Source: Clostridia bacterium (GTDB lineage: Bacteria > Bacillota > Clostridia > JAAYHZ01). From it: DNA of 64,000 bases. The position numbers and the translations under genes were made by a program. The notes under the pieces were generated by a model. The model was not told where the DNA came from, did no database searches, and saw only the letters and a list, made by a program, of their open reading frames with translations. The DNA lies in NCBI GenBank assembly GCA_050950825.1, contig JBMNIH010000009.1, forward strand, positions 32,001-96,000. Reading direction: 5' to 3'. Of this stretch, positions 28,903 to 38,186 are shown one piece after another; position 1 is the first letter of the stretch; the number at the start of each line of letters is the position of its first letter.

Positions 28903-31900
28903 ATGAAATTCTTTGAACACGATACCGTGAAGACTTCCCGAACCTTTTATACCGACGAAAAAATACGAAATGCAAAGAAAAACATCGAAAGATTCGATCG
29001 GGCAAGAAAAGAAAAAGAAAGAGTCGTGCAATTAGCCGAGGAATATTTGGCTTACGGAATAAACAATCTTTTGACTTACGTGACGCAGCAGAATCTTCCC
29101 CGAAGCTATAGCGTAAACGAAATGAAGGGTTGTCCGGTCTGCGGGAAAGATATCGATCGATTCGGTAATTACCCTTACATTGCCGATATTTTCCAAAAGC
29201 CTTTCAAACTTCAATGTCCCAATTGCCAATCGGTTTTTCCTTCCAACGATTTTGATTCTTACTACAAAAGCGGGTTGGACGAAAACGGAAGATTTCATTA
29301 TGAAAAAGCCGATCCGAAATACTTGGTAAACGAATTGTATCCGGACAAGCCTTCCGATTGGTGTACCGACAACGGATTCGGATGGGTGGATCCGGAAGGC
29401 TGCAAAACAAAATCCTATTCCTATGTCTATGACAAAGAAAAGGGCATGGTATTCAAGGAGACCACCGTAGGGGACAATCGCTATACCTTCATCGCCTATT
29501 ACAACCACTGGTTCATCTGGATGACCTGGCAAGACAAGACGATGGTTACGGGCGCCATATCCGCGTTACGAGATGCGTACCTATACACGGATGACCCGAA
29601 ATACGCCAAAGCGGGGCTGATGCTTTTAAACCGGGTTGCGGACTTTTACAAAGAATTCGATGCTTGTATCTACAAATGGGAAGACAACTTTCGTCATTCG
29701 GGAGGCGCATGGGGTAAAATCGTAGGCTCCATATGGGAAGAAAGTGTTGTGAATCAATTTGCAAAGGCCTACGACGCCTTTTTCCCGGCCATTACGGAAG
29801 ATACGGTCCGAGAAATCAACGCCCATCCCTTCTACAAAAGCAATCCCCAAGCCCCGAATACGACGGAGGATATTAAACGAAACATAGAAAACAATATCCT
29901 TTATCAAATCCTTCCGGAAGTGAAAAATCACAGAATCCGAGGCAACTTCGGCATGCATCAGGAAAGCATTGCCTTAGCGGCTTTGGTTCTTCAAAACGAA
30001 GAATACTTTCGGCACAGCATCGATGCCATTATGTCCTTCTCGGACGGCAGTTCTAGGGGCATAGGAAACATTGAAAAGGTGCTGATCGATGAAATCGACC
30101 ATGACGGATGCGGTAACGAGACCTCCATCGGCTACAACGGCATATGGCTCAATACTTTAAGTACCATTGCCGATATTTTAAGAGGAACTCCTTCGGATCT
30201 TTATAAGAACATCAAATTTTTAAAAATGCATAACCTGGAGATTCCTTCTATTATTGCCGATCGATATACTTTGAATATCGGCGATTCGGGTCATGCCGGA
30301 AATCCCGAGACCGTTGTGAATATAAATCCCCATATCGCTTTGCTTCAAAATTATGCCGACGTAACAAGCGCCCGGCTTTTGGATTTAGCACAAAGGGTAA
30401 AGAAAGAAAAAGGAGAAGAGGGTGCCTTTTATCAAAATATGTTTGTCGATTGGGAAAAGACGAATCGAAATATTGCAAAAATCGTTGAAAAACACGGTCC
30501 TTTTCGATCCGTCAGTGAAAACTACAGCGGTTACGGTCTTGCCAAATACGAGATACGGAATGAAGCCCAAGAACCGAGAAGCGTATGGATGTATTACGGT
30601 CGAAATACCGGCCATGCTCACAAAGACACTTTGATGCTGGGCTTTTTCGGATACGGCGTATTTTTAAATCCGGATCACGGTTATCCCTGTTATACCGACG
30701 GCAACTTTGAGCTTCGCAACTGGACCGGCAATACCCTATCTCACGATACGGTTCTTGTAGGCGAAGAACCGGGGAATAACCATGTGGTCGGTATTCCTCA
30801 TCATTATGATGCAAAGGAATCCGTCGGCGTTATGGATATCGAAGCTCCTCTTTTATACGAGCAAACATCCTGCTACCGAAGAACGGCGATCACGGTGAAC
30901 AGGGACGGTATCGTATATACCGTCGACTTATTCCGAGTAGCGGGAGGAAACGATCATCGGTACGTATTCCACGGTGCGGAAGGAGAGGCGCAAGCTACGG
31001 GCTTGAACCCGGTCGCTCAAAAGCGGGGAACCTATGCCGGGGAAGAGGTGGAATTCGCTTCGGAAGAGTACGATCGAAAATCTCGCAGCGGCTTTAACTA
31101 TTTGTACGATATCAAAAGAGACCCTTCGGTGAAAGGCTCCTTTACGGTGGATTGGAAAATTAAAGACACTTTTAAGGTATGGGAAAAGGATAGAGACGTT
31201 CATATTGCAATCACGGTTTTGGACCCTCCCGACGAAGCGGTTCTTGCAAAAGGCCAACCGCCGCAAAACAAGCCCGGCAATCCGAAGGAATATACCTATT
31301 TGATCCTTCATAACAAAGGGGAGGACATCGAAAGCCAATTTGCAGCCTTAATCGAATCCTATGAAAACGATAGCGCCGTATTGAATGCGGAAGCCTTGCC
31401 TATCGCTTGCGAAGACGGAAGCGATGCCGGGTATCTTGCAAAAGCAGTGAAGGTGACGATGAAAAACGGACGCATCGATTACATTCTAAACGCCATTGAT
31501 CAAAGGACTTACGTTGTCGGAAACGGAGAATTCGAATTCAAGGGCTTTCTTGCAATCATCAGCGAAAAGGACGGCCGTGTTTGCTACAAGTACGCAAACG
31601 ATCTTTCCTACTTGAAATTCATGGATCAGGAGCTTGTAACGGAGGATCTTTTCGTAACGGGAACCGTTATTGATTTTACCAAAGAAAGCAGTTTGGACAA
31701 CACAATCGTCGTGAAGCTTGATACCGACGTATGTCCTTCCAAGCTTTTCGGTGCTTACACGGATATCGAAACCGACAAGATCCGAAACGGATGCTATAAA
31801 GTCCTCTCCGCCGAGAAGAATAAAGACGGGTTGTACGAATTGAATATCGGAGACATTACGTTGATTCGTGCCGCGACGGGGGATGTCGGCCAATACGAAT

Positions 31901-31959
31901 ACAATATCGCAAACGGAGCCCAAATACGTATTCCGCTGTCCGAAGAAGAACGAAGATAA
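28903..31959 (+). CDS. Large heparinase II/III-like protein, copy 2 (tandem paralog)
   Basis: Colinear with and highly similar to 25755-28808 over its full length; GHAHKD. Confidence 0.72.
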   Translation: MKFFEHDTVKTSRTFYTDEKIRNAKKNIERFDRARKEKERVVQLAEEYLAYGINNLLTYVTQQNLPRSYSVNEMKGCPVCGKDIDRFGNYPYIADIFQKPFKLQCPNCQSVFPSNDFDSYYKSGLDENGRFHYEKADPKYLVNELYPDKPSDWCTDNGFGWVDPEGCKTKSYSYVYDKEKGMVFKETTVGDNRYTFIAYYNHWFIWMTWQDKTMVTGAISALRDAYLYTDDPKYAKAGLMLLNRVADFYKEFDACIYKWEDNFRHSGGAWGKIVGSIWEESVVNQFAKAYDAFFPAITEDTVREINAHPFYKSNPQAPNTTEDIKRNIENNILYQILPEVKNHRIRGNFGMHQESIALAALVLQNEEYFRHSIDAIMSFSDGSSRGIGNIEKVLIDEIDHDGCGNETSIGYNGIWLNTLSTIADILRGTPSDLYKNIKFLKMHNLEIPSIIADRYTLNIGDSGHAGNPETVVNINPHIALLQNYADVTSARLLDLAQRVKKEKGEEGAFYQNMFVDWEKTNRNIAKIVEKHGPFRSVSENYSGYGLAKYEIRNEAQEPRSVWMYYGRNTGHAHKDTLMLGFFGYGVFLNPDHGYPCYTDGNFELRNWTGNTLSHDTVLVGEEPGNNHVVGIPHHYDAKESVGVMDIEAPLLYEQTSCYRRTAITVNRDGIVYTVDLFRVAGGNDHRYVFHGAEGEAQATGLNPVAQKRGTYAGEEVEFASEEYDRKSRSGFNYLYDIKRDPSVKGSFTVDWKIKDTFKVWEKDRDVHIAITVLDPPDEAVLAKGQPPQNKPGNPKEYTYLILHNKGEDIESQFAALIESYENDSAVLNAEALPIACEDGSDAGYLAKAVKVTMKNGRIDYILNAIDQRTYVVGNGEFEFKGFLAIISEKDGRVCYKYANDLSYLKFMDQELVTEDLFVTGTVIDFTKESSLDNTIVVKLDTDVCPSKLFGAYTDIETDKIRNGCYKVLSAEKNKDGLYELNIGDITLIRAATGDVGQYEYNIANGAQIRIPLSEEERR

Positions 31960-32059
31960 ATTTTTGTTAATTGTTTGTAAATTCGTTGACAAATACAAGT
32001 AGTTAGTACTAATATATAAATAAGTAAAAAGCCCGAGTGGAATAGTAGGGAGACGGTTT

Positions 32060-32968
32060 ATGAGTTTGATGAGGAATAAGGACGGTTTAACGGAAAAGGA
32101 GTTTTTGGAAAGATACGATCCGAGCAAGTTTGAGCGGCCTTCCGTTACGGTGGATATGCTGATTTTCACCGTTTTGAGCAAGGACGCGGAGGATAATCGG
32201 CGGCTTCCGGATAAAGACTTGTATGTATTAATGATTAAAAGAAGAGATCATCCCTGTATCGGCCGATGGGCTTTGCCCGGAGGATTTGTGAATATGAACG
32301 AAAACTTGGATGAAGCGGCCCAAAGGGAATTAAAGGAAGAAACCGGCATTGAGAACCTGTACATGGAGCAGCTTTATACCTTCGGCGATGTAAACAGGGA
32401 TCCGAGGACCCGGATTATCAGTACCTCCTATATGACCTTGGTGGATTCCGAAACGTTAGGGAGTATTCGTGCCGGGGACGATGCGGCGGACGTTGCCTTA
32501 TTTCGAGTCAAAACGGCTTTGGAGGGTGAAAAAAGTACGCTATTGCCGGATTGCAGGATCAAGGAGCAAGTATATACGCTGATCCTTGACAACAAACAGA
32601 CGACATTAAAAGCGACTTTAAAGAAAACAATAACGAGAAAGGGGAAAGTCACCCGAACCGGCTGGGAGATTGTTGAAAACGACGGAATTGCTTTTGACCA
32701 TGCTAAAATTATTCTCTACGGATTGGAAAGACTGAGAAACAAAATTGAATACACGGATATTGCGTTCAATCTGATGCCGGATTTGTTTACCTTGTCCGAG
32801 CTGCAGCAGGTATATGAAGTCATACTGGGCAAGGAGCTTTCGAAGGCGAACTTCCGCAGGAAGATATCGAATTTTGTACTGAAAACCGGAAAATCCACCG
32901 AAGACAAAGCCCATCGACCGTCCATGCTGTATCGCTTTAATCCGGATTGGACCGAAAGAGGATTTTAA
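32060..32968 (+). CDS. nrtR: NrtR-family Nudix/winged-helix regulator of NAD metabolism
   Basis: PSVTVD, WALPGGF, Nudix box, RDPRTR, AFDH, FTLSELQQVYE..ANFRRK..HRPS; heads pncA-pncB. TTGACA promoter at 31986. Confidence 0.88.
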   Translation: MSLMRNKDGLTEKEFLERYDPSKFERPSVTVDMLIFTVLSKDAEDNRRLPDKDLYVLMIKRRDHPCIGRWALPGGFVNMNENLDEAAQRELKEETGIENLYMEQLYTFGDVNRDPRTRIISTSYMTLVDSETLGSIRAGDDAADVALFRVKTALEGEKSTLLPDCRIKEQVYTLILDNKQTTLKATLKKTITRKGKVTRTGWEIVENDGIAFDHAKIILYGLERLRNKIEYTDIAFNLMPDLFTLSELQQVYEVILGKELSKANFRRKISNFVLKTGKSTEDKAHRPSMLYRFNPDWTERGF

Positions 32969-32985
32969 ACAGAGGAGGGATTTTC

Positions 32986-33633
32986 ATGAAAGGATTTGGA
33001 GAAAGAATACTTGCCGAAATTCAGGAACGGTTGAAGAATATGCCTGTTCTTTCTTTTGATGATTTCGACAAAGAAGATACCGCCTTGGTCATCGTAGACA
33101 TGGTAAACGGATTTGCCAAAGAAGGCTTGTTAAGCAGTCCGAGGATTCGAAGCATTATCGATCCCATTGCAGGCCTTTTGAAAAAGTTTAAAGAAAAGGA
33201 TATGACGGTCATCGCTTTTGCCGATGCCCATAAGCCGGATTCCATCGAGCTTACGAATTTTCCGGAGCACTGTATCGCAGGAACTTATGAAAGCGAAGTG
33301 GTGGAAGAGCTTCAAAGCATAGGCGGATATACGCTGTTTCCCAAAAACTCCGTTAACGGATTTTTGGAGGATGCATTTTTGGAATGGTACGGGCGCCATG
33401 ACCGGATTAAAAACTGGATTGTAACCGGAGATTGTACGGATATTTGTATTCTGAATTTCGCTTTGACCTTAAAAAACGACCGAAATCGTAGAAACAAGGA
33501 ATCCCGAGTAATCGTTCCTTTATCCATGGTTGAGACCTATGACGGGGAAGGACATAATGCGGAATTTATGAATTTATCGGCCGCTGCCATTATGCTCAAC
33601 CAGGGAATCGAAATCGTTAAAAATATCGAATAA
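32986..33633 (+). CDS. pncA: Isochorismatase-family cysteine hydrolase, probable nicotinamidase
   Basis: IVDMVNGF, DAH, FPEHC, KNS, GDCTDIC; lies between nrtR and pncB. Confidence 0.8.
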   Translation: MKGFGERILAEIQERLKNMPVLSFDDFDKEDTALVIVDMVNGFAKEGLLSSPRIRSIIDPIAGLLKKFKEKDMTVIAFADAHKPDSIELTNFPEHCIAGTYESEVVEELQSIGGYTLFPKNSVNGFLEDAFLEWYGRHDRIKNWIVTGDCTDICILNFALTLKNDRNRRNKESRVIVPLSMVETYDGEGHNAEFMNLSAAAIMLNQGIEIVKNIE

Positions 33634-33680
33634 CATAAAAATTAAAATATATCACGGGAAACCGGGGAGGTTTTTTATCA

Positions 33681-35144
33681 ATGACAGAAACGAATCGTTG
33701 GACACAAAAGAGAAATTTGACCATGTTAACGGATTTTTACGAGTTAACCATGGCAAACGGATACCTGAAACACGGAATGCAGGATAAAATCGCATATTTC
33801 GATATGTTCTTCCGAAAAATACCGGATGACGGCGGATACGCCATCATGGCCGGTTTGGAACAAATGATTGAATATTTAAATGACTTGGTTTTTACCGAAC
33901 GTGACATTGCCTATTTAAAAAGCAAAAAGATTTTTTCTGATGAATTCTTAGACTACTTAAAAAATTTTAAATTTTCATGCGACGTATGGGCGGTTCCCGA
34001 AGGTACACCGATTTTTCCGGGTGAACCCATCGTTAAAGTTCGAGGACCCGTCATTGAAGCCCAGTTTGTGGAAACCATGATTTTACTTACCATCAACCAC
34101 CAGAGCTTGATTGCCACGAAAGCCAATCGAATCGTTTCGGCGGCACAAGGCAGAGCGGTGATGGAGTTCGGATCTCGAAGAGCCCAAGGGTACGACGGTG
34201 CCGTTATCGGCGCTCGAGCGGCATACATCGGAGGGTGTATAGGAACCGCATGCACCATGACCGATCGGGACTACAATATTCCCGCATTAGGTACCATGGC
34301 TCATTCTTGGATCCAGATGTTTCCCACCGAGTTGGAGGCCTTTAAAGCATATGCCAAAACGTATCCCCGGGGATGTACGCTGCTGGTAGATACCTACGAC
34401 GTTCTAAGAAGCGGTGTTCCCAATGCCATAAGAACCTTTAATGAAGTCCTTCTTCCTTTAGGGTACCGTCCGGCCGCCATACGGCTTGACAGCGGCGATA
34501 TTGCGTATCTGTCCAAAGCGGCTCGAAAAATGCTGGACGAAGCGGGATTTCCGGATTGCAAGATCGTAGCGTCAAATTCCTTGGATGAGTTCCGTATTCG
34601 TGACCTTTTACTGCAAAACGCACAAATCGATTTATTCGGAGTAGGAGAACGCTTAATCACCGCCGCATCGGAACCGGTCTTCGGAGGCGTTTACAAGCTG
34701 TCCGCGGTTGTGGAGAACGGAAAAATCATACCGAAGATTAAGATCAGTGAAAACCCCGGCAAGATCACCAATCCCGGAGCCAAGGAGGTATACCGCCTGT
34801 ATGACCGAGACAGCGGTATCGCTCTTGCCGACGTCATCACTTTAGAGGATGAAATCATCGACGATACGAAGCCTTATGAAATTTTCGATCCGGTTCATAC
34901 TTGGAAGCGGAAAACCCTTACGAATTTTAAAGCATCGAAACTGTTGGTTCCCGTGTTTAAAAAAGGCGTCTGTGTATACCAAAGCCCGAACATACAAGAA
35001 ATTCGAGAGTACTGCAAGCGGCAGGTCAACACGTTGTGGGAAGAAGTTCGAAGATTCGAAGATCCCCATGAGTATTATGTGGACTTGTCACAACCCTTGT
35101 GGGATATGAAAGACCAACTGATTCGCCGGCATTCAAGACCTTGA
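33681..35144 (+). CDS. pncB: Nicotinate phosphoribosyltransferase
   Basis: LTDFYELTM, EFGSRRAQG, GTMAHSW, LVDTYD, RLDSGD, GGVYKL. Confidence 0.96.
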   Translation: MTETNRWTQKRNLTMLTDFYELTMANGYLKHGMQDKIAYFDMFFRKIPDDGGYAIMAGLEQMIEYLNDLVFTERDIAYLKSKKIFSDEFLDYLKNFKFSCDVWAVPEGTPIFPGEPIVKVRGPVIEAQFVETMILLTINHQSLIATKANRIVSAAQGRAVMEFGSRRAQGYDGAVIGARAAYIGGCIGTACTMTDRDYNIPALGTMAHSWIQMFPTELEAFKAYAKTYPRGCTLLVDTYDVLRSGVPNAIRTFNEVLLPLGYRPAAIRLDSGDIAYLSKAARKMLDEAGFPDCKIVASNSLDEFRIRDLLLQNAQIDLFGVGERLITAASEPVFGGVYKLSAVVENGKIIPKIKISENPGKITNPGAKEVYRLYDRDSGIALADVITLEDEIIDDTKPYEIFDPVHTWKRKTLTNFKASKLLVPVFKKGVCVYQSPNIQEIREYCKRQVNTLWEEVRRFEDPHEYYVDLSQPLWDMKDQLIRRHSRP

Positions 35145-35224
35145 TAAAACCGTATTGAACCTCCAAATCCTTTATGCTACACTTTATTTATGGATATGGC
35201 GAAAAATTCCGGTTTGGGGGATGA

Positions 35225-36553
35225 ATGGATATGATCGGTTTTCGTATAAAGCCCGAGATGAAATTAGGGGTAGCCGTATCGGCTACCCAAATCGAGGGCG
35301 GTGATCGGAACAACAGCTGGTACGATTGGTATCGGAAAGGGAAAATCAAAGACAACTCGAGTCCGGAAAGGGCCAATCGGCATTACGAGCTTTTTCGTGA
35401 AGACACGGATTTATTAAAAGAAACTTTAATCCAAACCTACCGGTTCGGCATCGAATGGAGCCGAATCGAGCCGAAGCCGGGTGAATTCCGACAAGACGTT
35501 TTGAATCGATATCGTGAAGAGATTTCTTTATTAACGGAAGCGGGTATTCTTCCGCTTTTGACTTTGCATCACTTTACCAATCCTTTATGGTTCGAAGAAA
35601 TGGGCGGCTTTGAGAACCCGGATTCGGTACCGATTTTCTTACGGTTTACGGAAAAAGTCGTCTCTTCTTTCGGTGACTTGGTCAGCGAATACATAACCGT
35701 CAATGAACCGAACGTGTATAGCGTAGGCGGATTCTTTTTCGGCAATTGGCCCCCCGGAAAAAAGTCCTTTCGATCGGTTTTAAAAGTATACCGTCATTTG
35801 ACGGAATGCCATGTTAAAGCCTACGAGCTTATCCACAACATACGAAAAAACAAAGGTTATCACGATACCAAAGTCGGTTTTGCCCACCATATGCGTGTAT
35901 TTGAACCGAAAAATCCGAACAATCCTCTTCATCGGTTGTATGCAAATTGTAGCGAATATCTTTTTCAAGACGTCATTTGCAAAGCTTTTATGACCGGCGT
36001 GTGCGAGTTTCCCTTAAAAAAACCGAAGGATATCAAACCCGGTAAGTATTACGACTTTATCGGTTTGAATTACTACAGCCGAAGCACCGTGTCACGCTTC
36101 GGAGACGGTGTTAAAGGTAATGTACCCGTTAACGATTTGGGTTGGGAAATCTATCCCCAAGGTATCTTGGAATGTGCAAAAAAATTGTATAATCAATATT
36201 CGGCACCCGTTTACATAACCGAGAACGGAACCTGTGACAACGAGGACAAGTTCCGCTCTCGGTTTATTTATGAGCATTTAAAGGTTCTTTGCGAAAGCAA
36301 TCTTCCCGTACATCGATATTACCACTGGTGTTTTCTTGACAACTTCGAATGGCTGGAAGGTGAGAGTGCACGTTTCGGCATTGTTCATGTGGATTTTGAA
36401 ACCCAAAAGCGTACCGTGAAAAAAAGCGGATATTTTTACAGGGAAATTATCCGAAACGGCGGTGTCAGCGAGGAAATGGCACGAGAATGCTTGAACGAAG
36501 AATACAAAATCAACGATCCGAAAGAAAAGATAATAGGCGGAGCATGGTCATGA
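35225..36553 (+). CDS. Glycoside hydrolase family 1 (beta-glycosidase)
   Basis: QIEG, WSRIEP, TLHHF, NEP (acid/base), ITENG (nucleophile), DNFEW. Confidence 0.95.
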   Translation: MDMIGFRIKPEMKLGVAVSATQIEGGDRNNSWYDWYRKGKIKDNSSPERANRHYELFREDTDLLKETLIQTYRFGIEWSRIEPKPGEFRQDVLNRYREEISLLTEAGILPLLTLHHFTNPLWFEEMGGFENPDSVPIFLRFTEKVVSSFGDLVSEYITVNEPNVYSVGGFFFGNWPPGKKSFRSVLKVYRHLTECHVKAYELIHNIRKNKGYHDTKVGFAHHMRVFEPKNPNNPLHRLYANCSEYLFQDVICKAFMTGVCEFPLKKPKDIKPGKYYDFIGLNYYSRSTVSRFGDGVKGNVPVNDLGWEIYPQGILECAKKLYNQYSAPVYITENGTCDNEDKFRSRFIYEHLKVLCESNLPVHRYYHWCFLDNFEWLEGESARFGIVHVDFETQKRTVKKSGYFYREIIRNGGVSEEMARECLNEEYKINDPKEKIIGGAWS

Positions 36554-38172
36554 CGAATTTGTGGTGGCAAGACGCCGTCGTTTATCAAATCTATCCGAAA
36601 AGCTTTAAGGACTCGAATAACGACGGCATCGGAGACATAAAAGGAATCATATCGAAGCCGGACTACTTGAAAGACCTGGGAGTCGATGTTTTATGGCTGT
36701 GCCCCGTATATCGATCTCCGGAAGTCGATAACGGATACGACATCAGCGATTACTTGGACATCAATCCGAAATTCGGTACCATGGAAGATATGGACCGTTT
36801 GATTCGACAAGCCGATCAACGAGGCATGAAAATTATCATGGATTTGGTGATCAACCACACTTCGGATAGGCACCCGTGGTTTTTAGAAAGCAAAGACAAA
36901 ACCGGTCCTTACCGTAATTATTACTATTGGAGGGAAGACGACGGCAAGGGCACCCCGAGCAATTGGACCGGATTTTTCGGCGGAAAAACCCGGAGCAAGG
37001 ATCCGGATACCGGCGATTGGTATTTGCACCTGTTTTCCAAAGAGCAACCGGACTTGAATTGGCACCATCCTGCCGTCATGGAAGAAATCAAGTCCGTAAT
37101 GAAATTTTGGCCGGACAAAGGTATTGCCGGTTTTCGATATGACGTGATCAATGTCATTTGGAAGGATTCCTTGGAAAACGGAAGATTTAAGCTTATCTTG
37201 AAAGGAAGTGAACACTATTTATCTCGGCCGGGAAGCCATGAGATTTTAAAAGCTCTTCGGAAAGACGTACTGAGCCGTTACGATTGCTTTACCGTGGGGG
37301 AGACGGTGTTCATAACCCCCGAAGAAGCAAGAAAATATACATTGCCAGAAAAAAAAGAACCGGATATGATTTTTTACTTCGAGCATATGGAAACGGACCA
37401 AATCCTCGTAAAATGGTTCAAAAGAAAATTCCGTCCCGAAAGATTATTTAAAACGCTGATCAAATGGCAAAAGGAACTGCCGTGGAACGCCAACTACTTG
37501 GAAAATCACGACCGGCCTCGGTCGGTTTCCCGTTTTGGCAATGTCGAAAAATATTGGAGGGAAAGCGCCAAAATGCCGGGCATGCTTCTTATGACTCTTC
37601 GAGGTACCCCCTTTTTATACCAAGGACAAGAATTGGGTATGACCGGGTTCGTTTTTCATTCCATGGAGGATATCAAAGACGTAGAATCCATTCAAATCGA
37701 AGCCTTGGCGAAAAAGCTGCTCATCCCCGAAAAGCTCCGTAAAAAAATCATTTTTTCCACAAGCCGAGACCATGCCCGTACGCCTTTTCAATGGTCCGAC
37801 CAAAAGCATGCCGGTTTTTCCGAAAGCACGCCGTGGATAAAGGTTAACCGTAATTACGTTCGTATCAACCAAGAAAATCAGAGCAAAGACCCGGACTCCG
37901 TTTTGGCTTTTTATAAACGTCTCATCGCTTTTCGTAAAAAATCCACCGCTTTAAAAGAAGGGTCTTTTACGCCCCTGTATTATGACAAAAAGACATTCAT
38001 ATATGAACGAAATCATGAACAAGAATCTTTGCTTGTATTGCTTAATTTCAGCGATAAACCGAGCAAAGTGAAATATGCGGGAGAATGTTTGCTGTCCAAT
38101 TACAACCGTAAAACCTTTGACGGGATGTTACATCCTTGGGAAGGAATTCTATTGTCAACTACTCCTCGGTAG
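36550..38172 (+). CDS. GH13 alpha-glucosidase/oligo-1,6-glucosidase, apparently decaying
   Basis: YQIYPKSF, DNGYD, DLVINHTS, GFRxD, VGE, NHD and ATGA overlap with GH1. Six conserved L/W/Q positions carry P/R. Confidence 0.9.
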   Translation: MTNLWWQDAVVYQIYPKSFKDSNNDGIGDIKGIISKPDYLKDLGVDVLWLCPVYRSPEVDNGYDISDYLDINPKFGTMEDMDRLIRQADQRGMKIIMDLVINHTSDRHPWFLESKDKTGPYRNYYYWREDDGKGTPSNWTGFFGGKTRSKDPDTGDWYLHLFSKEQPDLNWHHPAVMEEIKSVMKFWPDKGIAGFRYDVINVIWKDSLENGRFKLILKGSEHYLSRPGSHEILKALRKDVLSRYDCFTVGETVFITPEEARKYTLPEKKEPDMIFYFEHMETDQILVKWFKRKFRPERLFKTLIKWQKELPWNANYLENHDRPRSVSRFGNVEKYWRESAKMPGMLLMTLRGTPFLYQGQELGMTGFVFHSMEDIKDVESIQIEALAKKLLIPEKLRKKIIFSTSRDHARTPFQWSDQKHAGFSESTPWIKVNRNYVRINQENQSKDPDSVLAFYKRLIAFRKKSTALKEGSFTPLYYDKKTFIYERNHEQESLLVLLNFSDKPSKVKYAGECLLSNYNRKTFDGMLHPWEGILLSTTPR

Positions 38173-38186
38173 TGGAAAGGATCTTT

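Noticed and set aside
25755-31959. Paralog pair as a diversity-generating retroelement TR/VR
   Set aside because: Both copies are full-length intact genes, the differences are not adenine-specific, and no reverse transcriptase is in the window.
31995-32040. NrtR binding site upstream of nrtR
   Set aside because: One is expected from family biology, but only weak partial palindromes are visible and I could not place a site with confidence.
36550-38172. C-to-U RNA editing as the explanation for Pro/Arg codons
   Set aside because: It fits CCG>CUG and CGG>UGG but not the Gln>Arg site, and the motif bias is strand-symmetric, which points to a DNA-level process.
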